Counted from the first letter of the stretch, positions 1 through 12,069 are shown. The stretch is DNA of 24,000 nucleotides from Brochothrix thermosphacta DSM 20171 = FSL F6-1036 (GCF_036884295.1 NZ_CP145608.1:2290285-2314284), one strand, 5' to 3'. Notes: a model not told the origin generated them from the sequence alone. Numbers and translations are program-made.

Positions 1-828
1 CAATTTTGCTTCTGAAGTGTTTTTATCACTTCCTTTTTCATTCATTGCTAAATTAACAAGTTCATCTTCACCAATCATATCTTCACGTTTGAAGCTATCC
101 TCTTTTGAGAATGCTGCTGGAACTTCTGCTGTAATCAATCCTTCTTTTTCTATCTTTTCTAATCCCGCTTCTATCTTTTCTAATCCCGCCAAATCAATAG
201 CATAAGCAGCATTACCAGTCACTTTTTCACCAGCGTTTATTTTGAATTTTTTACTTGTAACCATTGATGAAAAATCTTTAGACTCATCACTCAACAAACT
301 TTTAGTACTCGAATAAGAATTTGTAGCACCTGTAAAAGTCAAATTAATACTTGGTGTAAAGTAAACTGGCTCTTTACCTTTATTTTCAACAGTAAATTCT
401 GCTAAAACAACGCCACCTTTATCTGTGTTACCTTTAAATGGTATTTCAAAGTCACTATGAAAATCTGTCACTTCATCTAATTCAAAACCATTAATGCTGA
501 CAATTGTATCTTCGCGCTTAACTGCTTTAGCCTCTCTATCAGTGAAAATTGTTTTTACTTTCTCAGCTGACATCGTATCTTTTACTTCAGAACGTAATGA
601 ATTAAACATGTCCTCTGTTTTTTCTTCTTTAGTATTTTTATTTTCTGTTACTTTTTTTTCATCCGTACTTGGTTGTGAAGCATCATCCGTTTTTTCTGTT
701 TCCTTTTTGCTATCTGATTGTCCAACTTTTTCTTTTTCTACCGTTTCTTTTTTATTATCATCATTATTACACGCTGCCAAACCAACTACTGCCATTAATA
801 GCAGTAATCCCATACCAATTTTTTTCAT
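1..828 (-). CDS. Putative secreted lipoprotein, 3' end cut by the window edge; absent from the supplied ORF track
   Basis: The reverse frame is open from the ATG at 826-828 down to position 1 (276 codons translated by hand, no stop). The N-terminus MKKIGMGLLLLMAVVGLAAC is a signal peptide plus lipobox L-A-A-C. It is followed by a K/E/T/D-rich linker and then a beta-rich domain (…VSINGFELDEVTDFHSDFEIPFKGNTDKGGVVLAEFTVENKGKEPVYF…). AAGAGGAG lies 8 nt upstream of the ATG. The plus-strand track ORFs 17-205, 494-925 and 669-851 are antisense shadows. Confidence 0.85.
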   Translation of the reverse strand, partial: MKKIGMGLLLLMAVVGLAACNNDDNKKETVEKEKVGQSDSKKETEKTDDASQPSTDEKKVTENKNTKEEKTEDMFNSLRSEVKDTMSAEKVKTIFTDREAKAVKREDTIVSINGFELDEVTDFHSDFEIPFKGNTDKGGVVLAEFTVENKGKEPVYFTPSINLTFTGATNSYSSTKSLLSDESKDFSSMVTSKKFKINAGEKVTGNAAYAIDLAGLEKIEAGLEKIEKEGLITAEVPAAFSKEDSFKREDMIGEDELVNLAMNEKGSDKNTSEAKL

Positions 829-1227
829 ACAAAACACTCCTCTTAAGTTAATTTGTTACTACTTAACATTATCATTAAAACTATTAAATTATTTTTCTAT
901 ATTTAGTCTATCTACAAAAAAATAAAAATAAACTACGCTCTAATTTAAGTTATTAGCCGAAATTATGTTATTATTTTCAAACAACTGGTTGAACAACACG
1001 GAATTACTTCCCAGACTTCCGCGCGCCCCTCTTTATAACTAGCCTTTAATAATCACAATTAAAAGGAAATCACTAAATAATAACACGAAATAACCATTCC
1101 AAAGTTTTTTTTTGCTTTGAAAGGTGAAAAAACGAAACTTATCATAAATTGTTTTTATTTTTCACAAAAGGACTACAAAAAAGGACTGCATTAACTAAAA
1201 ACAGGACATTTTCCACTTTTTGAGGCA

Positions 1228-1260
1228 AAAAAGAGAGATTCCTTGGATAGGAACCTCCCT
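1228..1260 (-). terminator. Rho-independent terminator ending the beta-glucoside operon
   Basis: The minus strand reads GGGAGGTTCC-TATCCAA-GGAATCTCTC followed by TTTTTTG, about 27 nt after the stop of the last GH1 gene. Confidence 0.7.
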
Positions 1261-1286
1261 TTTATTAATTTATGATGGTTTTATAT

Positions 1287-5683
<4,397 letters not shown>

Positions 5684-5709
5684 TTATTGTGGCTCAAAAG
5701 CTTAATTAC

Positions 5710-7623
5710 CTATTTTAATTCAAGTACTGCATCACCCACAGCAACATTCCCCTCTGCAATAGCTTTCACAGTGTTGTATTCACTCGTATTGGTTACAATC
5801 ATCGGTGTAATCACTTCATAACCCGCCGCTTTAATTTGCTCAATTTCAAACGTCACAAGCAGCGTACCTTTTGTAACCATCAACCCTTTTTCAACGTGTG
5901 TTTCAAAGAATTGACCATCTAATTGCACTGTATCCATACCGATGTGCATTAATACTTCAGCGCCTGCATTTGTTTTCATCCCAACAGCATGACCTGTAGG
6001 GAATACAAGCGTCACTTCACCATCTGTTGGGGCATATAACTTACCTTCAGTCGGTAAGATAGCTACACCGTTCCCCATCGCTCCTGAGGCAAATACTTCA
6101 TCACTAATACCACTTAACTCTTGTAAACTACCTGTTAGTGGACTAACCAGTGTTTCTTCTGTCAAATCAACTGTTTTGATAATGTCTTCTACCACTGGTT
6201 CTGCAAAAACTTCATTTTTATGTGATTTATCCATTAACAACGTTATCAATAAACCTAGAAGAAGTGCGACCACGATTGCAACCAAGTTACCGTAAAAACC
6301 GGTATCGATTCCTTTGGGTGAAATTTTACTTGGGATTGCGAAAATCCCTAATCCACCAACCATATAAGATTTTGTCCCTGCAAAGCCCATAATAGCGCCA
6401 CCGACACCTGATGCAATACAGCTGGCAATGAATGGTTTTTTACGTGGTAATGTAATCCCATAAATCGCAGGTTCCGTTACACCGAAGATACCTGAAATGA
6501 ATGCTGATATTCCCAAACCTTTTGTTTTTGGATCTTTTGTACGCAGTGTTACTGCCAACACTGCACCGATTTGTGCAAATGATGCAGCGCCTGTTAATAC
6601 TAAAACAGGTTCAAATCCTAGTGTGCTGATATTTAATAAACCGATTGGGACAAGTCCCCAATGTAAACCGAAGACAACTAAAACTTGCCAAACGGCACCT
6701 AAAATGAAGCCTGCTAAGATGGGATTAAACGTGTATACTGCTAAACTTCCCGCTCCAATTGCAGTTCCTAACCATGTTGAAATCGGTCCAATTACAAGGA
6801 ATGTCACTGGCACGACAACAAGTGCTGCACAGAATGGCACTAAAAATGTTTTAACGACATCTGGCATAATTTTTTTGAAGAAAGGTTCTACTTTTGAAGT
6901 TAACCAAACCGCTAAAATAATCGGAATAACTGATGATGTATAGTTCATCATGATCAGCGGAATACCTAAGAATGTAAGATAAACTGGTGATTCAAAAATG
7001 GTGCCACTAAATAGTGTATATAATGGTGTCGCATCTGACCCCATCATCGTTAAAGGGTTCAAAGCAGCAATCGTTGGATAAACGAGTGTCGCCCCTATGA
7101 CCATGGCCAAGAATGGATTAACTTTGAATTTTTTACTCGATGTGTAAGCTAACATGATTGGTAAGAAGTAGAAGAACGAATCTCCCAACGCATTTAAAAT
7201 GATATACGTCCCTGACTTATCACTGAGCCAACCAAATGTGGTGAAAATTGCTAAGAAACCTTTAATCATACCTGTTGATGCTAATAAACCTAACGTCGGT
7301 GCGAAAATACCAGAGATTAAATCTATTGCCTTATCTAAAACGGAACCCCCTTTTTCCTCAACACCGCCTTCTTCGGATAAACCTGTTTGCTTAACAATTT
7401 CGGCATACACGTCAGATACATGGTTACCAATCACCACTTGATACTGACCGCCACTTTGAACGACCGTGACAATACCATCCGCTTTTTTAAGAAACTCTGT
7501 ATCTGCTTTTTTTTCATCTTTCAGTTTAAAACGTAAACGTGTTGTACAATGAACCACACTATTCACATTCTCTTTTCCGCCTATTTTTTCGATAATCATC
7601 GAGACGAGCTGTTCGTATTTCAT
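5710..7623 (-). CDS. bglP: PTS beta-glucoside-specific EIIBCA component
   Basis: 637 aa. It has [14 protein letters not shown], an EIIC core, and a C-terminal EIIA(Glc-type) domain with GHAVGMK…VLMHIGMDTV histidines. GGAGG lies 7 nt before the ATG. The gene is preceded by a RAT/terminator. Confidence 0.93.
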   Translation of the reverse strand: MKYEQLVSMIIEKIGGKENVNSVVHCTTRLRFKLKDEKKADTEFLKKADGIVTVVQSGGQYQVVIGNHVSDVYAEIVKQTGLSEEGGVEEKGGSVLDKAIDLISGIFAPTLGLLASTGMIKGFLAIFTTFGWLSDKSGTYIILNALGDSFFYFLPIMLAYTSSKKFKVNPFLAMVIGATLVYPTIAALNPLTMMGSDATPLYTLFSGTIFESPVYLTFLGIPLIMMNYTSSVIPIILAVWLTSKVEPFFKKIMPDVVKTFLVPFCAALVVVPVTFLVIGPISTWLGTAIGAGSLAVYTFNPILAGFILGAVWQVLVVFGLHWGLVPIGLLNISTLGFEPVLVLTGAASFAQIGAVLAVTLRTKDPKTKGLGISAFISGIFGVTEPAIYGITLPRKKPFIASCIASGVGGAIMGFAGTKSYMVGGLGIFAIPSKISPKGIDTGFYGNLVAIVVALLLGLLITLLMDKSHKNEVFAEPVVEDIIKTVDLTEETLVSPLTGSLQELSGISDEVFASGAMGNGVAILPTEGKLYAPTDGEVTLVFPTGHAVGMKTNAGAEVLMHIGMDTVQLDGQFFETHVEKGLMVTKGTLLVTFEIEQIKAAGYEVITPMIVTNTSEYNTVKAIAEGNVAVGDAVLELK

Positions 7624-7747
7624 AAAAATTCCTCCAATATTAAATTTAGTTTCTATTAGGTTGTTGTTGCGTGTTATTAAAGTGGCGTATTATTATAGCA
7701 AGTGGATTTAACAGGTATTTTTTTCTGAATCTCTTTAATTTTATGAA

Positions 7748-7797
7748 CAAAAAAATGATCCAAAAAACACCAAAGTATGGTTGTTTTCCGGATCATG
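7748..7797 (-). terminator. Conditional terminator of the bglP leader, overlapping RAT-1
   Basis: The minus strand reads ATGATCCGGAAAACAACC-ATACTTT-GGTGTTTTTTGGATCAT followed by TTTTTTT. Its 5' arm shares nucleotides with the 3' half of the RAT. Confidence 0.8.
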
Positions 7798-7818
7798 CCT
7801 AATTGAATAGTCACACGC
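7790..7818 (-). promoter_or_regulatory. RAT (ribonucleic antiterminator) element 1, target of the LicT/BglG protein
   Basis: The minus strand reads GCGTGTGACTATTCAATTAGGCATGATCC. The Bacillus RAT consensus is GGATTGTTACTG-N-CAGGCAAAACC. The internal helix CTG/CAG is replaced here by CTA/TAG, a compensatory change. Confidence 0.7.
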
Positions 7819-7835
7819 CACTCTTTTTATGCTAT

Positions 7836-8690
7836 TTATAATTCTTGTTTATTTGTTACACGCCAGATATGCAGGCAAAGGTATAATTTTTCATCTTGTG
7901 TTAACTGCCAGCCTTCCGTTTTTTCTAAATAGACTGCAATTTTCCCCACTGTTTTATAGGCTTCAGCATACTTGATGCGCATCATTTCGAGTAAACCAGA
8001 GTCTAGCGGCTCTATCAGTACACTTTCATTATCCAAGTGCCTCAACACAAAATACCGTAAGTGAGAAATAAAACGATCATAATGAAACGACTCTTCATTG
8101 AGAATAATTTGATACTTCATTTGAATAATTTCGAGAATATTATGAATTAATTTAGACATTTTCATCGTTTCTTCCAATTTACCTTCACTCGATTGCGCAT
8201 TTACAAAATGATACGTTAAGAAAACATCTTCGCCTCTCGGTAAATCAATCGCAAAATTTTTCGTTAAAATTTTGATTGCTACTTTTGCGGCTTCGTATTC
8301 TTTAGGAAATAATTTTTTAACTTCCCAACGAATTGTACTATTAGTCATTTCTATTCCTTTTGTTGCACGTTCTATCACAAAACTAATGTGATCTGCCAAA
8401 ATTAAATAATTATAGTTCTCAAACTTGATGTTCAGGCTGTGTTCTACTTTCCGTGTAATTTCTGATGCTGTTTCAACTATTTTTGAATCCATTTTCAACA
8501 ATGAAATGACACCTTCATCCATCAAAGCGCTGCGTGATTCAGCCACAAAACGCCGCTCAATTTTAGATTTGTCAATCGCATCATTCACCTTCTTATTAAA
8601 ACCAATACCATTTCCGATAACAATCCATTCTGTTAAGTCCACATCTTTAACAAGTACCGCATTGTTATTAAAGCTCCGGATGACCTTCAT
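7836..8690 (-). CDS. licT: BglG/LicT/SacY-family transcription antiterminator (CAT RNA-binding domain plus PRD1 and PRD2)
   Basis: The N-terminus MKVIRSFNNNAVLV is a CAT domain. PRD histidine contexts are ADHISFVIER, LTYHFVNA, FISHLRYF and LCLHIW. The first M in the track is a TTG codon. The ATG at 8688-8690 has GGGAGGG 6 nt upstream. Confidence 0.92.
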   Translation of the reverse strand: MKVIRSFNNNAVLVKDVDLTEWIVIGNGIGFNKKVNDAIDKSKIERRFVAESRSALMDEGVISLLKMDSKIVETASEITRKVEHSLNIKFENYNYLILADHISFVIERATKGIEMTNSTIRWEVKKLFPKEYEAAKVAIKILTKNFAIDLPRGEDVFLTYHFVNAQSSEGKLEETMKMSKLIHNILEIIQMKYQIILNEESFHYDRFISHLRYFVLRHLDNESVLIEPLDSGLLEMMRIKYAEAYKTVGKIAVYLEKTEGWQLTQDEKLYLCLHIWRVTNKQEL

Positions 8691-8710
8691 CAACGTCCCT
8701 CCCGTAAACT

Positions 8711-8783
8711 AAAAATTACCTGTTAAAATACAATGCTCTATCACCTCAATCGTAATAAAAAACACTCTATTTCAACAGGTAAT
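8711..8783 (-). terminator. Leader terminator upstream of licT, with a long loop, overlapping RAT-2
   Basis: On the minus strand the arms are ATTACCTGTT and AACAGGTAAT, separated by 49 nt and followed by TTTTTAG. The 5' arm overlaps the 3' end of RAT-2. The stem is perfect for 10 bp, but the loop is unusually large, so confidence is moderate. Confidence 0.55.
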
Positions 8784-8805
8784 GCCTGACTTATCAGTAA
8801 CACCC
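8778..8805 (-). promoter_or_regulatory. RAT element 2, in the leader of licT itself
   Basis: The minus strand reads GGGTGTTACTGATAAGTCAGGCATTACC, a close match to the RAT consensus GGATTGTTACTG…CAGGCAAAACC. Confidence 0.8.
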
Positions 8806-8820
8806 TCTTGTATAAGACTA

Positions 8821-8849
8821 ATAGTACATCAGGCTGAAAGCGCTGTCAA
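8821..8849 (-). promoter_or_regulatory. SigA-type promoter of the licT-bgl operon
   Basis: The minus strand has TTGACA (8849-8844), a 17 nt spacer, then TACTAT (8826-8821). It lies about 15 nt upstream of RAT-2. Confidence 0.65.
8835..8848 (-). promoter_or_regulatory. cre (CcpA catabolite-responsive element) overlapping the -35 box
   Basis: TGAAAGCGCTGTCA matches every constrained position of TGWAANCGNTNWCA. Confidence 0.7.
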
Positions 8850-8968
8850 GACTATTTTTGAAAAAGTGTGTGTTTCACTAGTCGAAATTCACAAAATGTG
8901 AATATCTTTTGACTATTCTAATAAAAAAACATTTTCTTGCTATTGTAAAAACCAATAATCCTATAGAC

Positions 8969-8996
8969 AAAAGAAAACAGCCATTACTGACTGTTT
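8969..8996 (-). terminator. Probable terminator after the permease gene
   Basis: The minus strand reads AAACAGTC-AGTAAT-GGCTGTTT followed by TCTTTTG. The stem is short with one mismatch. Confidence 0.45.
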
Positions 8997-9035
8997 AGTT
9001 GTATTTATCTTCTCAAATTCGAACATAACTATTAG

Positions 9036-10331
9036 TTACGAGTTAACGGAGTTCACTTTATGCTCTTTTGTTTTTGGTCGCATGTTGAAAACAATGTTCA
9101 GTATAATTGCACATACACTTCCTGCAACAATGCCGTTGCTAGTAAAGAGTTGTACAAATTTAGGCAATACCGCGAATAACTCGGGTACTGTTGTTACGCC
9201 TAATCCTAGACCAACGGAACAAGCAATGATTAACAAGTTTTCTTGTGAAGCGAAATCAACACTGCCTAACATTTTAATACCTTGTGCGACAACCATTCCA
9301 AACATCGCTACCATTGCCCCACCTAAAACTGGTGTGGGAATGGTTGTTGTAATAGCTCCAATTTTAGGAATTAAACCTAAGATTACTAAAAACGAAGCGG
9401 CTACATAAATAACATTTTTCGTTTTCACTCCTGATAACTGGACTAAACCGACGTTTTGCGAATATGCTGTGTAAGGGAATGTATTAAAAATCCCACCTAA
9501 TATAATGGCTAAACCTTCTGAACGATAGCCGCGTGATAAATCTTTGGTCGTTAGCTTTTGTTTTGTGATATCACTGAGTGCGAAATAAACACCGGTTGAC
9601 TCCACCATGCTGACTAATGAAATAATTATCATCGTCAATATCGCTGATAAATTGAATGTGGGCGCTCCAAAAAAGAACGGTGTTGGCACATGTACCCAAG
9701 CCGCTTCAGAAACGGATTGAAATGAAATACCGCGGTAGAAATAAGCAAACAAGCTCCCTGCTAAAATCCCTACTAATACAGCAATTGATCGTAGAAAACC
9801 TGAACCAAAACGATACGTTAGAATAATAACAATCAGCGTTCCAAATCCTAAACTCAGATTAAAAATAGATCCAAAATCTTTACTGCCTTGTCCACCAGCA
9901 AGGTTATTGATTGCTACTGGAATGAGTGTTAAGCCAATAACTGTAACAACGGATCCCGTAACAACCGGAGGAAAGAAACGGACAACTTTAGAAAAAACGG
10001 GGGCGATTAATAATACAAATAATCCTGAAACAATAATAGCACCATAGATAGCACCTATTCCGATATCCTGTCCAATTAATACAATCGGGGCAATCGCTTG
10101 TACTGCACATCCCAAAACAACGGGTAAGCCGATTCCCATAAAACGTCCCACGCGTAATTGCAAGAAGGTTGCAATCCCACACATGAAAATATCAATCGAT
10201 ACTAAATAAGTCGTTTGCATCACTGTAAAATTCAATTGATTTGCAATTAGCAAAGGTACAATCACAGCACCTGCATACATCGCGAGTACGTGCTGAAAAC
10301 CCAATGCCACTATCTTCCCTTTTCCAAACAT
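9036..10331 (-). CDS. pbuX: Xanthine/uracil (NCS2/NAT family) permease, PbuX-like
   Basis: 431 aa, polytopic. The N-terminus …GFQHVLAMYAGAVIVPLLIA and the sequence GGIFNTFPYTAYSQNVGLV are typical of NCS2 xanthine permeases. The gene sits behind a guanine-class riboswitch. GAGAGGAG lies upstream of the ATG. Confidence 0.9.
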   Translation of the reverse strand: MFGKGKIVALGFQHVLAMYAGAVIVPLLIANQLNFTVMQTTYLVSIDIFMCGIATFLQLRVGRFMGIGLPVVLGCAVQAIAPIVLIGQDIGIGAIYGAIIVSGLFVLLIAPVFSKVVRFFPPVVTGSVVTVIGLTLIPVAINNLAGGQGSKDFGSIFNLSLGFGTLIVIILTYRFGSGFLRSIAVLVGILAGSLFAYFYRGISFQSVSEAAWVHVPTPFFFGAPTFNLSAILTMIIISLVSMVESTGVYFALSDITKQKLTTKDLSRGYRSEGLAIILGGIFNTFPYTAYSQNVGLVQLSGVKTKNVIYVAASFLVILGLIPKIGAITTTIPTPVLGGAMVAMFGMVVAQGIKMLGSVDFASQENLLIIACSVGLGLGVTTVPELFAVLPKFVQLFTSNGIVAGSVCAIILNIVFNMRPKTKEHKVNSVNS

Positions 10332-10370
10332 TTACTTAAAATCTCCTCTCGAATTCCACAAAAATTATAC

Positions 10371-10396
10371 AAAAAACCACTTCTCAAATGAGAAGC
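10371..10396 (-). terminator. Expression-platform terminator of the purine riboswitch
   Basis: The minus strand reads CTTCTC-ATTT-GAGAAG followed by TGGTTTTTT. The 5' arm CTTCTCAT can alternatively pair with the 3' strand of aptamer P1 (ATGAG), forming an antiterminator. A second small hairpin, AAAGAG-TCGA-CTCTTT, lies at 10412-10427. Confidence 0.6.
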
Positions 10397-10448
10397 AGCT
10401 AAAAAACATCAAAAGAGTCGACTCTTTTAAATATTTTGGCTAAAATCT

Positions 10449-10519
10449 CACTCATAGTCCAACTATTTACGGCAGTTGGGTAGAAACGCGTCATCCATAT
10501 TATGACTATTATATAAGTG
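10449..10519 (-). promoter_or_regulatory. Purine riboswitch aptamer, guanine/xanthine class
   Basis: The minus strand reads CACTTATATAATAGTCATAATATGGATGACGCGTTTCTACCCAACTGCCGTAAATAGTTGGACTATGAGTG. It has the conserved cores UAUAAU, AUAUGG, GUUUCUACC and CCGUAAAU. P1 is CACTTAT/ATGAGTG and P3 is CCAACT/AGTTGG. The specificity position reads GACUAUG (C), as in the guanine class, rather than GAUUAUG as in the adenine class. Confidence 0.9.
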
Positions 10520-10577
10520 TTTTTATCTGGTTGATAAGAAACAACCAACTGAAGGGTTCTTATCTTGTATTTCACTA

Positions 10578-10606
10578 ATTTTAGCGGTTTTTCAAGTAAA
10601 GGTCAA
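10578..10606 (-). promoter_or_regulatory. SigA-type promoter of the riboswitch-pbuX transcript
   Basis: The minus strand has TTGACC, a 17 nt spacer, then TAAAAT. A 5'-proximal hairpin, GATAAGAA…TTCTTATC (10533-10564), lies between the promoter and the aptamer. Confidence 0.6.
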
Positions 10607-10651
10607 TAGTTTATTTGGTTTTTAGAGAATATTTTGTCTTATATTAGACAG

Positions 10652-10664
10652 AATGTTCGGTTTT
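10652..10664 (-). promoter_or_regulatory. PurBox (PurR operator half-site)
   Basis: The minus strand reads AAAACCGAACATT, which fits the Bacillus PurBox consensus AWWWCCGAACWWT at all 13 positions. A degenerate inverted copy (AATATTCTCTAAA) lies about 18 nt downstream. The palindrome TGTCT-TATATT-AGACA (10635-10650) sits between them. Confidence 0.55.
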
Positions 10665-10707
10665 ATGTCTATTTCAACTTGATGATAGATACTATCGTTC
10701 CCTTTTC

Positions 10708-10757
10708 AAAAAAACAATCTTCCTACTGACGAAAAAGCTCGCAGTAAAAAGATTGTT
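10708..10757 (-). terminator. Rho-independent terminator after the dehydrogenase gene
   Basis: On the minus strand the outer arms are AACAATCTT and AAGATTGTT, enclosing an inner stem TACTGCGA/TCGTCAGTA and followed by TTTTTTT. Confidence 0.7.
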
Positions 10758-10819
10758 ATTAGGAGTGCTTTCTATTTCAAAAATAGGCTAACCCTTATCA
10801 TTAAAATAGTTATAAGCGC

Positions 10820-11869
10820 TTATTTTTCGCCGCTTAACTCAACCAAAATTTTAGCTTGTGTTTTATCAGTTGTTAATGCTTCAAATCCTTTAGCAACAAT
10901 ATCATCTAAGACGATTTTAGAAGTTACAATTCCTTGAGGTTTTAGTTGGCCTGTCCCCATCAAATCAACTGTTTGTTGGAAAGTTGTTGGTGTATAAGCT
11001 ATTGTTGATGTTAACTTAACACCTGTATTTGTAAGATGAATCGGGTTCCATTCAATTGGACGCGCAAAAATTGAGACGATAACCACGGTTCCACGAGCAC
11101 GCGTTGCATCAATCGATGCTTTGAAGGTTGGTGCAACACCAGCGACTTCAAACGTTACGTCAACTCCACCAGGAACGATATCGCGCACCGCCTTAACACC
11201 ATCAACTTCACCAGAGTTAACGGCATGCGTTGCACCTAACTCCAATGCTTTTTCTAAACGATTTGCTGAGAGATCAAGCACGATGATTTTACTTGCTCCT
11301 GCAGCTTTTGCAGCAATAATCGTTAATAAACCAATTGGACCTGCACCAAAAACAGCCACTGTATCGCCAAATAACATTTCACTTTCTTTCACGGCTTGTA
11401 CAGCAACAGCCATTGGTTCCACAAGTGCACCATCTTGAAGTGACAGTGATTCTGGTAATTTATACACTTGTTTTTCAGGAGCGTTTGCAAACTTCGTAAA
11501 ACCACCGTCTCCATGTAATCCGATGAAACTAAAACCATCGTATGTATCTAATGCTTCTGGTAAGTTGCCGTGTGTTAATGTTGGATTAATCGCTACACGA
11601 TCCCCTACTTTATATTTTGTTACTTCACTACCGATTTCTTCAATCACACCAGCGAATTCATGCCCCATAATTAACGGTGCCACTTCTCCTGTTAACTCGT
11701 CTTCCTTGTCAACTGGAATAAATACTGGTCCTTCTTGATATTCATGTAAATCACTTCCACAAATCCCTGCCCAAGCGACACGTACTTTCACTTCATCAGC
11801 TTTCATTGGTTTTAAATCCCTGTCTTCAATACGCAAATCTTTTTCTCCATACCATACAGCTGCTTTCAT
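10820..11869 (-). CDS. bdhA: Zn-dependent medium-chain dehydrogenase, (R,R)-2,3-butanediol/acetoin dehydrogenase-like
   Basis: 349 aa. The catalytic Zn motif is GICGSDLHEY…GHEF and the Rossmann motif is VFGAGPIGLL. The protein is collinear along its length with my recollection of B. subtilis BdhA/YdjL (…VKILV at the C-terminus). GGGGG lies 10 nt upstream of the ATG. Confidence 0.85.
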   Translation of the reverse strand: MKAAVWYGEKDLRIEDRDLKPMKADEVKVRVAWAGICGSDLHEYQEGPVFIPVDKEDELTGEVAPLIMGHEFAGVIEEIGSEVTKYKVGDRVAINPTLTHGNLPEALDTYDGFSFIGLHGDGGFTKFANAPEKQVYKLPESLSLQDGALVEPMAVAVQAVKESEMLFGDTVAVFGAGPIGLLTIIAAKAAGASKIIVLDLSANRLEKALELGATHAVNSGEVDGVKAVRDIVPGGVDVTFEVAGVAPTFKASIDATRARGTVVIVSIFARPIEWNPIHLTNTGVKLTSTIAYTPTTFQQTVDLMGTGQLKPQGIVTSKIVLDDIVAKGFEALTTDKTQAKILVELSGEK

Positions 11870-11913
11870 TAATAAAAACCCCCTATTTTAATTAACTAAG
11901 AAGCAACGCACAA

Positions 11914-11928
11914 ATGCAAGCGCTTCCT
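11914..11928 (-). promoter_or_regulatory. Candidate cre site in the bdhA leader
   Basis: ATGCAAGCGCTTCCT fits WTGNAANCGNWNNCW at all constrained positions. It lies just downstream of a candidate promoter, TAGACA-17-TATACT (11969-11941, minus strand), which is a roadblock position. Confidence 0.4.
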
Positions 11929-12040
11929 CTTTGTAATTATAGTATAAACCTCATAACTTTTATTGTCTACACTTTATATCTTTTTAGTTATATGTTTATC
12001 TTTTTTCAATTTCTTATTTTTAACCGTCTAAATTTCTTAC

Positions 12041-12069
12041 TTGTAGCAAGGCATTCCATTCGTTAAAAT
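12041..12069 (+). promoter_or_regulatory. Candidate SigA promoter of the asparaginase gene
   Basis: TTGTAG, a 17 nt spacer, then TAAAAT, about 32 nt upstream of the ATG. GGAGG lies 8 nt before the start. Confidence 0.5.

Noticed and set aside
17-925. Three plus-strand track ORFs (62, 143 and 60 aa) rich in S/F/L
   Set aside because: They lie antisense to a continuous 276-codon minus-strand lipoprotein frame that has a signal peptide, a lipobox and a strong RBS. Their low-complexity composition mirrors the K/E-rich sense frame.
930-1227. Intergenic tract with a GC-rich patch (CCGCGCGCCCCTC), GTCCT(G/T)TTT repeats and 25-28 codon ORFs
   Set aside because: The mini-ORFs lack an RBS, and I could not assemble a convincing promoter/terminator pair or a known RNA motif. 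I noted it but left it uncalled.
8425-8712. 95-aa plus-strand ORF
   Set aside because: It is antisense to the CAT/PRD1 part of licT and runs into the leader RAT region.
9082-10182. ORFs 9082-9408(+) and 9988-10182(-) inside the permease gene
   Set aside because: They are embedded in the 431-aa NCS2 permease frame, with no independent signals.
11121-11738. Plus-strand ORFs of 105 and 71 aa
   Set aside because: They are antisense to bdhA, with a typical S/T/P/A-rich shadow composition.
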